Positions 14,256 through 25,914 of a stretch of 64,000 nt of DNA are shown piece by piece. The stretch lies in assembly GCA_013239625.1 (NCBI GenBank), contig MU053504.1:312001-376000 (forward strand), given 5' to 3'. Position 1 is the first letter of the stretch, and each line of letters starts with the position of its first letter. The position numbers and the translations under genes were made by a program. The notes under the pieces are model-generated. The model was not told the origin of the DNA, made no database searches, and was given only the letters and a program-made list of their open reading frames with translations. Source of the stretch: Lama guanicoe (taxonomy: Eukaryota).

Positions 14256-15287
14256 ACACTGCCAATACCCTGGTGCCTTTAGGGCACATTCTCTTGCCAA
14301 AGTTAGACAGAATGTCAAAGGTGGTAAAACTCTCAGAGATCTCGAGTGAAATTTTCCAAGCAGCTGTTTTACGAAAAATGGTCTCTAATCTGTAAATGGT
14401 TTGGGAAGGTTCTACTCTATCCCCAGCCTCTTCACTATGAATGCTCTGATAAGTCCCGCAGCTAAGAAATCTGCTAAAGCCAGCATCTCCCAAACCTGCT
14501 TGGTCAGGACTCCTATGACCACCTTGCAGAATATGCTACAGGAAGGCTTTTGCTACCTCCTGTCTCCACCCCAGTGCCAACAGGGAAACCAAGGGTGTGG
14601 GCAGGAGGCGAGGGGAATCCACTTGCCCAAAGGGGTTGGGGGTGGGGCTGAAATCCAAGGCTATCTCCATTGCACCTGACCCAGAAATGGAGCCACAAGT
14701 CTCTCTCTGAAGATGCTGCGCTAGACGTGCATATATCCTAGATACAAGACATCAACTACCGTGGGGCGAGCCGCCAATAGCCCCTTCACCAAATGGCGGC
14801 AGTGTCAGGCGAAGCCATGCCCCACCAACTCCCCCAGCAACTGGGGATGTATGAGGGGTTGGAAGTTTTCTTTCTCTTTATTCTTTGTGTGTATGTGTCT
14901 TCTAGAACTGAGAAGCATCTTAAAGATCTTCTAAATCAGCTTTTCAGATAGGGAAACGGAGGCTATGAGAAGGGAAGACCAATACAGATGGACTTGGTCT
15001 TGAGCCTGCTTTGCTATGAATCCACTGTGCAACGTTGGACAAATCAGTTTCCCTCTCTGAATCTCAGTTTCCTCATCCAGAAAATAAGCAACCCTCCCAG
15101 CTCCACTGGGCAGTTCCGAGTAGCCAAGGACACAATGGGCAGGAAAGGAGAATGACTAATGTGCTTGGCTTCTCACTTAAAATACACACTAGTTCAGTCA
15201 GTTTCATCCACACCTGCCTTGTGAGTTGGATACTGTAGATCATTACTCCTATTTCTATTTTAAAGAGGAGTTGCTGGAGAGTCAGCT

Positions 15288-15336
15288 TGTATGTATGTGT
15301 GTGTGTGTGTGTGTGTGTGTTTGTATGTATGTATGT
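15288..15336 (+). repeat. (TG)n/(TATG)n microsatellite
   Basis: Read directly. Confidence 0.93.
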
Positions 15337-16734
15337 CTTTTTTGAGAACTGAGAAAGATCTTAGAGATCTTCTAAAAGATCCTCAGATGGGTAAACTGAA
15401 GCTCGGAGAGGCAAAGTGACTTCCCCAAGGTCACTCAGCTGGTAACTGGGGAAGCAGGGATTTGAAATCAGGCAGGCTGATTCCAGAGCCCATGCACTTA
15501 ACCACTACACGAGGGCCATTCACAGAGCACTGTCCCCATGAGGTCCCAAACTCCCCTCCCCAGTTCATCTGAAGCAACCCCTCCCCACGCCCCTGCTGGG
15601 ATCCCTCGGTCCAGTCACACCTGGGTTGGGAGCCCCCTCCTTGTCCCACCCAATCCCACCTCCAGTTCTCCCACAGCCCCTCTGTTTCCTGTTTCACCTC
15701 AGGAGGTATTGACTCTAGGATTTTTCACTCAAACGGACTAGAAGCCCCCAGAGGGCAGACTCGTGTCCTCTTTCCCAGGTTGCCTTGCTCAGACCTAACA
15801 CCAGAGCTGGAGAGAAGGAAGACACGGGATCTTCCACCCACCTGCCGGACAATTTAGCAAAGTTACTTAACCTGTCTGGGCCTTGGCACTTGGCTTTGAG
15901 AATGGGCCCTCTGTCGTGAGGATGTGGTGGGGATTCCCTCCGTGCATGGAAAACATTCAGTGATTAATTCTCAGACTGCGGCCCAGAGGCTGAAGGGCTG
16001 CCGGCTCAGGTAGCAGACTCATCTGCTCACCCTCCTCAGCCGCACAGGCTCTGCCAACCCTGGCTCTGCGGCGACAGCCTCAAACTCACCTCCTGAGGAC
16101 TGTCTGACTCCCGCAGGGAGGGGTGGTGGCACAGGGCCCCCAGGTGACAGTGCAAAGGACCCCTGACTTTATGCTCCGGGTACATTTATCGTCTGAACCT
16201 TGGTTCATCCTCCTAGTTGTTCTAGGAGGTCAAGACGGGAAAACTGAGGCCAGTGGAGCGGTTAGGTATCTTCCAGATCATCCCAGAATAAATGGACTCA
16301 AACTCAGGTCTCAGGTTTTTCTGAGCTCATGCAGCTCATGGTCTCACCAGAGGGGAACTCACCGAAAATTACTGCCTTCTTGAAGGTGACTCGGGGTGTC
16401 AGGGTCTATAGTGGGGCTGGGACTGGGGCATCTAGACTTCCAACCCAGGGCTCTCTATGTCACCTCCTGGCTCAGCAAGGATGCTTGGGATGGTTTCTGG
16501 AAGGCAAACTGTGTCCCCCAGTCTCCCTGCCCTCCAGTCTGCCACCTAAGGCTTTTTGCCTCTGCAAAAGTCACCTTTCTTCTACTATAGGGAGTAGAGG
16601 CAATGAGAAAGCTCTGCCAGATCCTTCCCTCCTTGCAGAGCCTCCCTGGTCCAAGCTTGCTCCACGGGTGCCGTGGGGCCTCAGTCTCCCCATCTGTAAA
16701 GTGGGATTGACAACCATCTGGAAGAGTTAATAGC

Positions 16735-17372
16735 TCAGGGCTCGCAGGGAAACGGGCAGATGCTCCAAGGGTCAGCCCCGACTATCCCGCTGAGCCTGCC
16801 CGGCCTCCCTGCCGGCTGCCCCTCGTACCTTGCTTCTTCCTTCGGTTCAGAGGGAGCATGTCCGCGGCGTGGGCGACAAGCAGCAACAGGCAGAGTGGCG
16901 CCCGCATCTGGGCAGCCTGGTCCAGGCCGGCGCACGGGGCTCCCGCGAAGGCCCGACGGCCCAGCGGCGACCCGGCGGCGGCGCGGCGGGCGCAGGCGCT
17001 GCTCGGGGCGCGCCGGGAGCATCCGCGGGGCGCGGGGTCGGTCCTGCCACCAGGTCGAGGGAGGGCGTCGGACGGGCGGGGAGGCGGCGGGCGGGGAGGA
17101 GCCGGCTCAGCGGCGGCGGCGCGTTAACCCCCTCGGGGCCGGGACGCCGTGGGGGCGGTGGGGTCGCCCGGACCGGGGGCCAGGAGGTCAGTCTGTCCGG
17201 CTGTGCGCGCTCCGGCGTGGTTCCTGCGCCCGGTACTGCCCCACTCACCACTCTCCAGCAGCCGGACACAGGTACAGGGCCCTGCGCCACACACACAGGT
17301 ACAGATGCAAGGATGCCAGGTGACCCCCGTTGGGCTCTCAGCGCCTCCCGCCAGCCCACTCCGCGCCTCGGA
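16735..17372. promoter_or_regulatory. RSPO4: CpG-island promoter and 5' UTR of RSPO4, TATA-less with tandem GC boxes
   Basis: Very GC- and CpG-dense relative to the flanks and spans the start codon. Two GGGCGGGG Sp/KLF boxes lie within the direct repeat CGGGCGGGGAGG (17073-17084, 17088-17099). Confidence 0.9.
16829..16907 (-). CDS. RSPO4: R-spondin 4, coding part of exon 1 (79 nt: signal peptide and basic RRKK motif); downstream exons lie beyond base 1 of the window
   Basis: The reverse complement from ATG at 16907 translates to MRAPLCLLLLVAHAADMLPLNRRKKQ plus 1 nt, followed by donor AAG|GTACGA at 16828. This matches the N-terminus of human RSPO4 as I recall it (MRAPLCLLLLVAHAVDMLALNRRKKQ), with a 79-nt phase-1 first coding exon. 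It sits inside a CpG island. Confidence 0.97.
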
Positions 17373-19924
17373 TTTTCTTTTCCTGCTTTCTCTGTTTCTT
17401 CTTTCTCCTGTGCCTCAAAGTGACCAGCACCTCATAAATTCTCTTGTGAAGGGGCCCAGGACCTGGACTGTGTTTCCTCCAACCTTATCTACAGGAGGGA
17501 GCAGCTGGTCCAATTTTAACCCTTTCAGAGCCAAATCGCTCTTCTTCCCCAACACTCTACCCACGGAAAACAGTAGCAACAATGATAATAATGCTGGTTA
17601 TCATCTTTGAGGCCTATGTGTTGCTCTAAGCACTTTAGACATAATATAATCTTCAAAACAACTCAGTGAGATTCTATTTTGATTAGCTCCACTTTACAGG
17701 GGAGGAAAGGGAAACTCGGAGAGGCCGTGTGGCTTTCCTAAGGCCACACAGCAGTTCAGTGGTATGTCTGGGTTCAATGCCTGCCCTTTTAAACACTGCT
17801 CAGGGCCCAGAGAAACTTACCCAATCTCTTGAACAATTCTCAAAAAAAAAAAAGAAAGAAAAGAAAAGAAAAGAAAAGACAAGTAAATATTGGCATCTCT
17901 TTCTCCATTCCCTTCTTCTCATCCCTAGTGAGTCCGCCAGGACAATGAGGACATTTGAGGGCATATCAGGGGGGAGGGAAACACAGAGAGTGAGGAAGCT
18001 CTTTCCTGTCCATTCTTCCTCTGTGGGGCTCCACGAACACCGGCAGACAACATCCTGGGGGTCTTGGTGGAATGTCTGAGCTATTCCACCAAATGGCTCC
18101 ATTCCACAGATGGGGCCACTGAGACCTAGGGACTGAGGGTGCCTAGCTCAGGCAGTTCAGCAAGTCTAGGACAGAGGTGGGATGGGCATCCAGGTTTCCC
18201 AGCATGGTCCCCTCCACCATAGCCTACAAAGCCCTCTTGTTCTGACTTCTCGGATTTCAATCTTCCCCTCCACTCCATCCTTCATCCCTTTAATCCCAGA
18301 GATCTCAACTCCTTGAACTATTTCACAAACACTTCTGGGCCTCTCACAACTCTGAGCCTTTCAGGAGTGGCCTCTCCATGGAATGTTGGCCTACATCCCA
18401 TCCCTCTTCCCCATTGACTCCTTCAGAACCCTGTCCCAGATATGCCTCTCATCCCACAAACCTTCTCTGATTCTCAGGCCACATCCAGGGCCTCTGCTGG
18501 GCTCCCACAGTCTCTTTATCATAGCTTTGGTCACACCAGGTGATAACTATAAATGTCCCTTCCTCCAAATTGTCAACTCTTTAAGGCCAGAGATAAGGTC
18601 AGATCTGGATGCCAGGAGCCTCACTCATGCTGGACACAGAGCACTTGCTCAATATGTTTGTAGAATGAACGAATGAATGAGTCCTCCAGAGAGGAGAGTC
18701 TCCCAGCTTATACATGGAATTTGGCTACTTGGAGAAATGAGGTGATCCTAGAAGATCAAACTTTAGGAAGTTGGAAGTCAGACTCTACCCATCCATTGCG
18801 AGTCCTGAAGTCTCCAGAGTCCAGAGCAGGGCTAGGGAAGGGCAGGGTGCATCCAGAGGCAGGCAGAGTCTCCACCAGGCCTGTTCATATTTGTAATTTG
18901 CTTATTTTTGAGTTCCATGAGGGCAGGAAACTTTTATCCTTGTGCCTGACACATAAAGTGCAAAATAAATATATGTGGAATGAATAAAAGAGTAAATAAA
19001 TGAATGAATGAGCCCTCAATGCATTCCTTGACTCACTGTGGGACCTCAGGTACCTCCAACTCTCTTTTGTGGCTTCAGTTTCCCCATTTGGTCAATGGCA
19101 CAGAGGGGATTTTGTGTTTTCTGAGAGCTGTTCCAGTCCTTTCAGAATTTGTGATTTCTAGGGTTCTAAGAGCCAGAGCTCAGGCCCCCACCCAACCCTC
19201 AGCTGTTCAGAAGGTCTTAGGTTCTCTATAGCTGTAGGGGACTGTCTGGAAATCCCAGCCTGCCATCCAGTCACCCTCCCCCAACATAGGCACCCAGAGA
19301 GGACACTGAGGACAGTGGTGCTGATGGCAAATAGGAAGTGTGCACACCAGGGGCATCAGTTGAGGAACTACTGGACACTCACAAATAAATGAAGATGGGT
19401 GTAATGGCTACTATACATTATGCTCACAGCGCGTGTTCCTGATCAGCAAATCCTTCTCCTCCACAGGATCGCCAGGACTGAGCTTCCTTCCAGCTTATGC
19501 TCTGCTCTCTTCAGTACATGGCTTAAAGCTCCCTGTGGAAGGGGCAGGGCTTGGAGGACCACCTATGGGAGATAAAGAGCATGTACTGCCGTATCTCATT
19601 GGCCAGAACTCAGTCACGGGCCACATCTACTGCAAAGGTGGCTGGGAAATATATTCTAGCCGTGTGCTCAGGAGGAAAAGCAAACATTTGGTGAGCATCT
19701 GGCCAGTCTTGCCACACTGGGCCACTCTTGCCCCAGAGAGGCAGTAGCTCCTGTCTGTGTTGGTTCTGGCCCCTACAATCTCTTCTTCTTGAGCAGCCAG
19801 AGGACTTGCCTTTTCTTCCAGGTGAAGCCCAAACTCCTTCTCAGAGCTGCAACTGTTGCTGGATGGCACCTGCTTGAGTGACCAACTGTCCTGGTTTGCC
19901 AGGGATTGAAGATTCCTGGGATGT

Positions 19925-22025
19925 AATTTTATCTTCTGTACAGGTTCATGTGACCACCATCACAGCAAGATACTTAACTGGACCATCATAAGACTCCCTT
20001 CCTCTGGCTGTCCCTTAGGACTCCACCCACTCCCTCCTCTCCAGCCTAACCCCTAATAACCACTAATCTGTTCTCCATTTCTATAATTATGTTGTTATAT
20101 CTAGGTTACACTGTGGTATCATGCAGTATGTGTCCTTTTGAGACTGACTTTCTTCACGCAGCGTGATTTCCTCCAGATTCATCCACGTTATTGCATGTAT
20201 TAATAGTTGCTTTTTACTGCTGAGTAGTATTCCACAATATGAATATATTATACTTTGTTTAGCTATTCACCCATCAAAAGATATTTGAGTAATTTCCAGT
20301 TTTGGGTTATTAAGTTAAAAGTTACTATGGACATTTGTGTACAAGTTTCTGTAGATCCCCTTTGGCAAAAATATCTGTGCATGTTTTTCTGCACATTTTT
20401 AATTGGATTTTTTAATTTTATTGTTACATTGTAAAACTTCTTTATTCTATATGTTATTTGCTAATATTTTCTCCTGGTCTATAATTTATCATTTCATCCT
20501 CTTACCTGCATCTGTCATAGAGCAAACATTTTACTTTTGATGAGGCCAACTTTATGAATTTTTCCTTTTATAGGTCAGGCTTTTGGTGCTGAGTCTAAAC
20601 ATCTTCCTATTCCTGAGTCTCAAATATTTCCTCCTATTTTTTCCTAGAAGTTATATTGTTTTATATTTAAGTCCATGATCTATTTCAAATTAATTTTTGT
20701 ACAAAGGATGAGTTTTAAGTCAGGGTTCATCTTTTGCCTATGGATGTGCAGTTACTGCAGTATAATTTGTTGAAAAGTCTACCTCCATTGAACTGCTTTT
20801 GCTCCTCTGTCAAAAATTGATTGGGCATATTTGTGTGGATCTATTTCCAGGTTATCTATTTTGTTCCACGAACTGTGTGTCATTCTGTCTGCCAATACCA
20901 CCTGTCTTGATTACAGTAGCTTTATAAGAAATCTTGAAATTGGATAGACTGATCCTATTTTATTCTATTTCAAAATTGCTTTAGCTATTCTAGTTCCTTT
21001 ACCTTTCAATATAAATTTTATAATAATTTTGTCTATGTCTACAAAAAAATCTTGCTGGGAATTTGATCAGAATTTCATTAAACATGTATATCAGTTTGGG
21101 GATAACTGATATCTTGACTATGTTGAGTCTTCAATCCATGAACATGACATGTCTCTCCATTTATTTAGATCTTTTTTGTTTTTTTTTTAAATAGGTGTTT
21201 TGTCATTTTCAGCATACAAGTCCTGTATGTGTTTTATTAGATTTAGACCTAAGTATTTCTTTTCTTTTCTTTTTTAAAGCAATTGTAAATGGTATTGTAT
21301 TTTTAATTTTGCTGCCCATGTGTTCATTCCTAGTGTATAGAAATATAACCGATTTATATGTGTTGCTCTTATATCCTGCCAGTTTGCTGAGCTTACTTAC
21401 TAGTTTTAGGAATTTTTTCTTTAGACTTCTAAGGTCTTTCAACATAGACAATCATGTCACCTGAAATAGGAACAGTTTTCTTTCTTTCTTCCTGATTTAT
21501 GTTCCTTTCATTTCCTTTTCCTGCCTTATTGGATTGGCTAGAACTTCCAGCGCTATGCTGAACAAGAGTGATTCTTAACTTGTTGTCAATCTTAATGGGG
21601 AAGCAAGTGGTCTTTCACCATTAAGCATAATGTTAGCTGTAGATTTTTTTGTTGTTGTTGATGCTCTTTATCAAGTTGAGGAAGTTCCTCTCCATCATTG
21701 CTATTGATATTTTTCTGAGAATTTTTATCATGAATGGGTGTTGCCTTTTGTCAAATGCTTTCTTTGCATTTATTGATATAACTATGTGATTTTTCTTCTT
21801 TTAGCCTGTTGATATAGTGCACTGATAGATTTTTGACTGTTGAATTAGCCATTCCATTCTGGAATAAACCTGAGTTGGCCATGGTATATGATTCTTTCCA
21901 TATATTGCTGACTTCTACTTGATAATATTAAGGATTATTGCATCTATATTCATGAAAAATATTGATCTATATGTATTTTTGTGAACTGTTTTTGTCTGGC
22001 TTTAGTATGAGGATAATACTAACCC
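19925..22025 (-). mobile_element. Old L1 (L1M-type): 3' half of ORF2 and 3' UTR, degraded
   Basis: T-rich plus strand. The minus-strand peptide at 21209-21451 (SKLAGYKSN..KSVIFLYT..KNTIPFTIA) matches the L1 ORF2p reverse-transcriptase/thumb region. Confidence 0.9.
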
Positions 22026-22029
22026 CAGT

Positions 22030-22510
22030 GGCACCAGAAGAACAAAGCAGACCAGAGTAGAAATGCAAGGGCTCTGAAAATCAAAAGGTCATTGCAACTA
22101 CAGCCCCTAAAAATAGGTGAGAACCTATATGCTACACCTAAACAGTGAGATTGCCTGCTAAAATAAAAGATTAGAATAGGGCCTGGATTTTCTAATAGCC
22201 CAAATATCTAGGATATATAGAAAATTACCTGTCATACCAAGAACCGGAAAACAATAGTTTGAATGAGGAAAGACAATCTACCAATGCTAATACCTGGATG
22301 ATTCAGATGTTAGAATGATCTGACAAGGATTTTAAAGCAGCTATCAAAAAAAAATGCTTGGACAAAAAATTATCCATTCTCTTGAAACAAATGAAAACAG
22401 AGAAAGTCTCAACAAGGAAGTAGAAGTTATAAAGAAAAATCTAAAAGAAATTATAAAACTGAACAACATAATAATTGAAACAAAGACCTTGCTAATAGAA
22501 TCAATAGCAG
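22030..22510 (+). mobile_element. Old L1M 5'/ORF1 N-terminal fragment
   Basis: CAGATGTTAGAATGATCTGACAAGGATTTTAAAGCAGCTAT followed by the coiled-coil-like ESLNKEVEVIKKNLKEIIKLNN, typical of an old L1 ORF1. Confidence 0.75.
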
Positions 22511-22511
22511 A

Positions 22512-22798
22512 GTGGAGATATCCAATGATGGACAAATACCCCAACTCCCTCTTTCAATAAGTAGGAGAGCCTGCAACATGTTCTGCGCTGTCTCTGAGAA
22601 CTCCCCAGCAGGGCTGAGCTCCCATTGTGTCCATTGGTAACTGTCTTGATGACCCGTCCATCCTTCATGGGTTGCCTTTCAGTCCTATTTCACTCCTTAT
22701 TCTCAGCCCTGTGTTTCCCAAGATCAGTTCCCAAATAGGCTTCTTGAACTCCAACCTGTGTCTCAGGGTCTCCTTCTCAGCAACCCCAAACCAAGACA
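22512..22798 (+). mobile_element. ERVL LTR fragment (LTR16-like)
   Basis: The 3' end GTCTCAGGGTCTCCTTCT...AACCCCAAACCAAGACA resembles the LTR16/33 terminus. Confidence 0.65.
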
Positions 22799-24007
22799 AT
22801 ATCTTACTAATTCTCCTGACCACTCCTGAGGTAGTAGAGGTAAAAGCAATGCCTAATCCTGGGTAAACACTCACTAATAATTTCCATCATCTGTATCTCA
22901 GTTTGATCATCTGTAAAAGAGAGGCAGTGAGACCCCATCTTCCTCCTCTGGACTTTGTCTTGTTCTCCTCTTAAATCACAGCCTCTGCAACCCCTACCTT
23001 CATTCTTCACTTTGTCTGTTTTTTCCCAAGGGAAGGAAGGCAGCCTTGTCCCAGGGATGCTCAGGCAAACAAAGGAGCTGCTTCGAGCCAGCCACCCCTC
23101 CCTCACCAACCCCAGTGGAATCACAGCCTCCATGGTAGGTTGGGTTATTGTTTTTAATACCAGTGTGAAATAAATTGAAAAATTACCCATAAAATACAGG
23201 TTTTCAGTAGCTGGCCTGAAATTTCTTTCCATAAACAAACAAGTTTAAAGAGATGCCTTCATGCCACCCGCCAACTCCTCCCCTAGCCTTTTATGTCCTC
23301 GTGTGGGAGTGGGGTCCCCTGAGAGACTCAGCCTTCTGGGCAAAGGCAGGGGGCTGCTGGGGGTCATGGGTCAGCCCTAGGCCTTTCACTGACTTGTACC
23401 TCGTACTCCCGTCTGTCTGCTCCATGAAGAATCCCCCAGACTCATCCCCCACCCGCAGTTCCTATACTCAGCCTAGACTTGGGAACCAAACTCCCTGGAT
23501 TTGAATCAGAGATTTCCTACCTATTAAGTGTGACTTGAAGCAAATTACTTATCTTTGCCTCAGTTTCCTCCTGATAGGATAATATTATTGCCTGTTTCAT
23601 AGGGTTGTTTGAGGATTAAATTAAATATACAAGAAGCTCTTAGAACAGTGCTTGGGGCAAGGCTGTGCATGCTGTGTAACTGTTAGCTATGATTAGTTTT
23701 ACAGGCAGAAGAGAAAGTGGAATAGAAAATGGAGTAGGAGGCTTAGTGACATTTAGATTTTCCACAGTGAGCCCTCTTTGGGGTTTCCTCTGGGGTGTTT
23801 ATATAAACATTTGCCCAATGCCCTGTAGTTTGCAAAGCTTGCTGACATCTGCTATTTCATCCGGCCTGACATTTAACTGTGGAAGGATTCAAGACAGGAG
23901 TTACGATTAGCCTAGCTTACGGAAGAGGAAACTGAGGTCTCGTGGGTGAACTGACTCACCCACGGCCTCAGGGAGTGATAGACTCCTGTTTGGTATCTTG
24001 AGGACCC

Positions 24008-24385
24008 AAGATGAATCCTGATCCTAGTCATAACACTGAACCCTGATTCTCATCATAGACTGAGCCTTGATCCTTCATCACACACTGATATTTGGCCCTG
24101 ATCTTAGACTGAATCCTAATCCTGGTCCCAGGTGGGGTTCTGACCCCATTCTTGATCAAGGACTCAGTCCTACCCTGAGCTACCACCTTGGTTTTGGTCA
24201 GAACCTTGAATGTTGTTTCACACTAGGCCCTGGCTCCAGCCTCTGACTGAGCCCTGATCCTGATCTGAGATTGAACTGTAACCCTGTGGCAGACTGTGCC
24301 CTGATCCTTGTTATAGAGTCACACTCCCAGTCCCAAATCCTGGTTTCACACTGAGCCCCAACTCTGGCCCCAGATAGAGCCCCCA
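24008..24385 (+). repeat. Degenerate tandem repeat with a unit of about 24 bp (ACTGAGCCCTGATCCT...)
   Basis: Recurrent ACTGAACCCTGATTCT, ACTGAGCCTTGATCCT, ACTGAATCCTAATCCT, ACTGAGCCCTGATCCT and ACTGTGCCCTGATCCT. Confidence 0.75.
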
Positions 24386-25267
24386 GTGGGGTCTTTAACC
24401 TGGAACTCCACCTCTAGCCTCATCCCAGATCTGCATGTGAACCCAATTGCCCATCTTCCCCAGGCTTTAGTCCACCACCCAGAAAATAATGGAAAAGGAA
24501 ACTTCTCTCAGCACCGTTTGGAGAAGGCTCAGGCATCAGAGCAGGATTTACAACCTGTTATGGAAAGCAAGACCCCCAGCTCCTCTCCTGTGTTTGCAAA
24601 CCCCACCACGCCACCTGGGGGCAGCCTCAAAAGCCCAGGTCCTTCCGCCACCAGAACTCTGAGGACTTCTATTGTTTGGGTAGTTTTCAGTTCTGATTAT
24701 TTAATACAGTCGTTTCTGGTTTTACACTCCTAGCCCTGGTCCCCTGGGATTGGGTTTTTCTTGCCCCTGTGGTTGAAGTTGTAACGCTTTTTCAAGCAAA
24801 GGGAAATTTTTTAAAACAACAGTGAAAATATTTCTAAAACATGTTCACAATCAAGCTGCTCTCTCAGTAATTGGTTGGGGGAGAGAAGGGCAGGACAAGA
24901 GAAGTTTTGCTCAGCAGGGGCAGCAGGTCTCTGGTGGGCTAGGGGTAGGGGACCAGCCTTGGCTCTGGAGAGATGGAGGAGAACCGAGTGCAGAAACGTG
25001 GAGGGAAAAGCCAAGATTCAGGCCTCTGAACCCTCCCACTCTGGAAGGAGTGGAGACGCGCAGCCTTTGACTTGCTATGCGCTGTTAAGTCGGAGCCTCA
25101 CGTTTCCCGTCTATGAAGTGGAGACAGTACATCTGCCCAAGGACATCTCTGGAAATCAAAAGACAAGGCAACTGCAGAGCACCCAGCACAGGTCCTGACC
25201 CCAGGCAGGTGTAAATTATAGCAGTTACTGCCGTCTTTATTATTTATACCCATTGTTTGCTAGCTGA

Positions 25268-25513
25268 GAGGCAGTGGAGCTTGGTGGTACATGGAGGCCT
25301 GCATTAAACCACCTGGTTTCAAGTCCTGGTTCTATTGCTTACTAGTCACGTGACCTTGGGCAAGTTGCTGAACCTCTCTGAGCCTCAGTTTCCTTGTCTG
25401 TAAAATGGGGATGGTAAGCAAGTTATTGTGAGGATTAAATGAGTTAATACATGCAAAGCACTTAGAATTGTGCCTGGCACAGAGTAAGTGGCTCATAAGT
25501 TAGGTATTATTAT
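25268..25513 (+). mobile_element. Near full-length MIR SINE, representative of many MIRs in the window (e.g. about 276-411, 3680-3815, 9900-10110, 15385-15510, 23470-23700, 43190-43400)
   Basis: Core GTGACCTTGGGCAAGTTGCTGAACCTCTCTGAGCCTCAGTTTCCTTGTCTGTAAAATGGGGAT...GAGGATTAAATGAGTTAAT. Confidence 0.92.
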
Positions 25514-25914
25514 CTGTTAAAAACATTTTATGCATCCCTACTACATGCAGTTTTAGTGACAGAAAAATTACTTTACATGAAGTGTAGTGAAGGACGTTGG
25601 GCCCCCGAGTTTTCTTGCTCAATATCCTCTGTCTTGATTCCAGTCTTTAGGAGTTGATAATTGATTGGTTGATTGATTCATCCATTCATTCATTATCAAG
25701 CACTAACTGTGTGCCAGGGAGCAATGAGAATTAAAGACACAAGGCCCTCATGGCCTGGTGGGGAGCAGGGAAGGAAAGCAGGCAGTTACAACCAACTCAG
25801 ATAAATTCTAAAATCCAGGCATGTAGGAGCGGTGGTGGGGACCCAGGGAAGGTGCTGGAGGAAGGCCTGCAGGAGCTGATGTCTGAACTGAGTCCTAAAG
25901 GGCCTGCAGAAGTT

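Larger units (their letters stand above)
1..16828 (-). other. RSPO4: RSPO4 intron 1 (5' part; continues beyond the window start)
   Basis: Begins at the GT donor at 16828. No furin-like Cys-rich exon 2 (GNCTGC...CSEENGC) was found in 1-16828, consistent with a long first intron. Confidence 0.85.

Noticed and set aside
13869..14493. Charged or Phe/Leu/Ser-rich ORFs (likewise at 29076-29421 and 34047-34256)
   Set aside because: Translations of GA/CT simple repeats.
16735..17610. Multiple 90-200 aa Arg/Gly/Pro/Ala-rich ORFs on both strands
   Set aside because: Stop-poor CpG-island artefacts; the real exon is the 79-nt RSPO4 frame, which is not in the track.
24008..24385. CRISPR-like array
   Set aside because: Mammalian DNA, and the repeats are degenerate and tandem with no repeat-spacer architecture.
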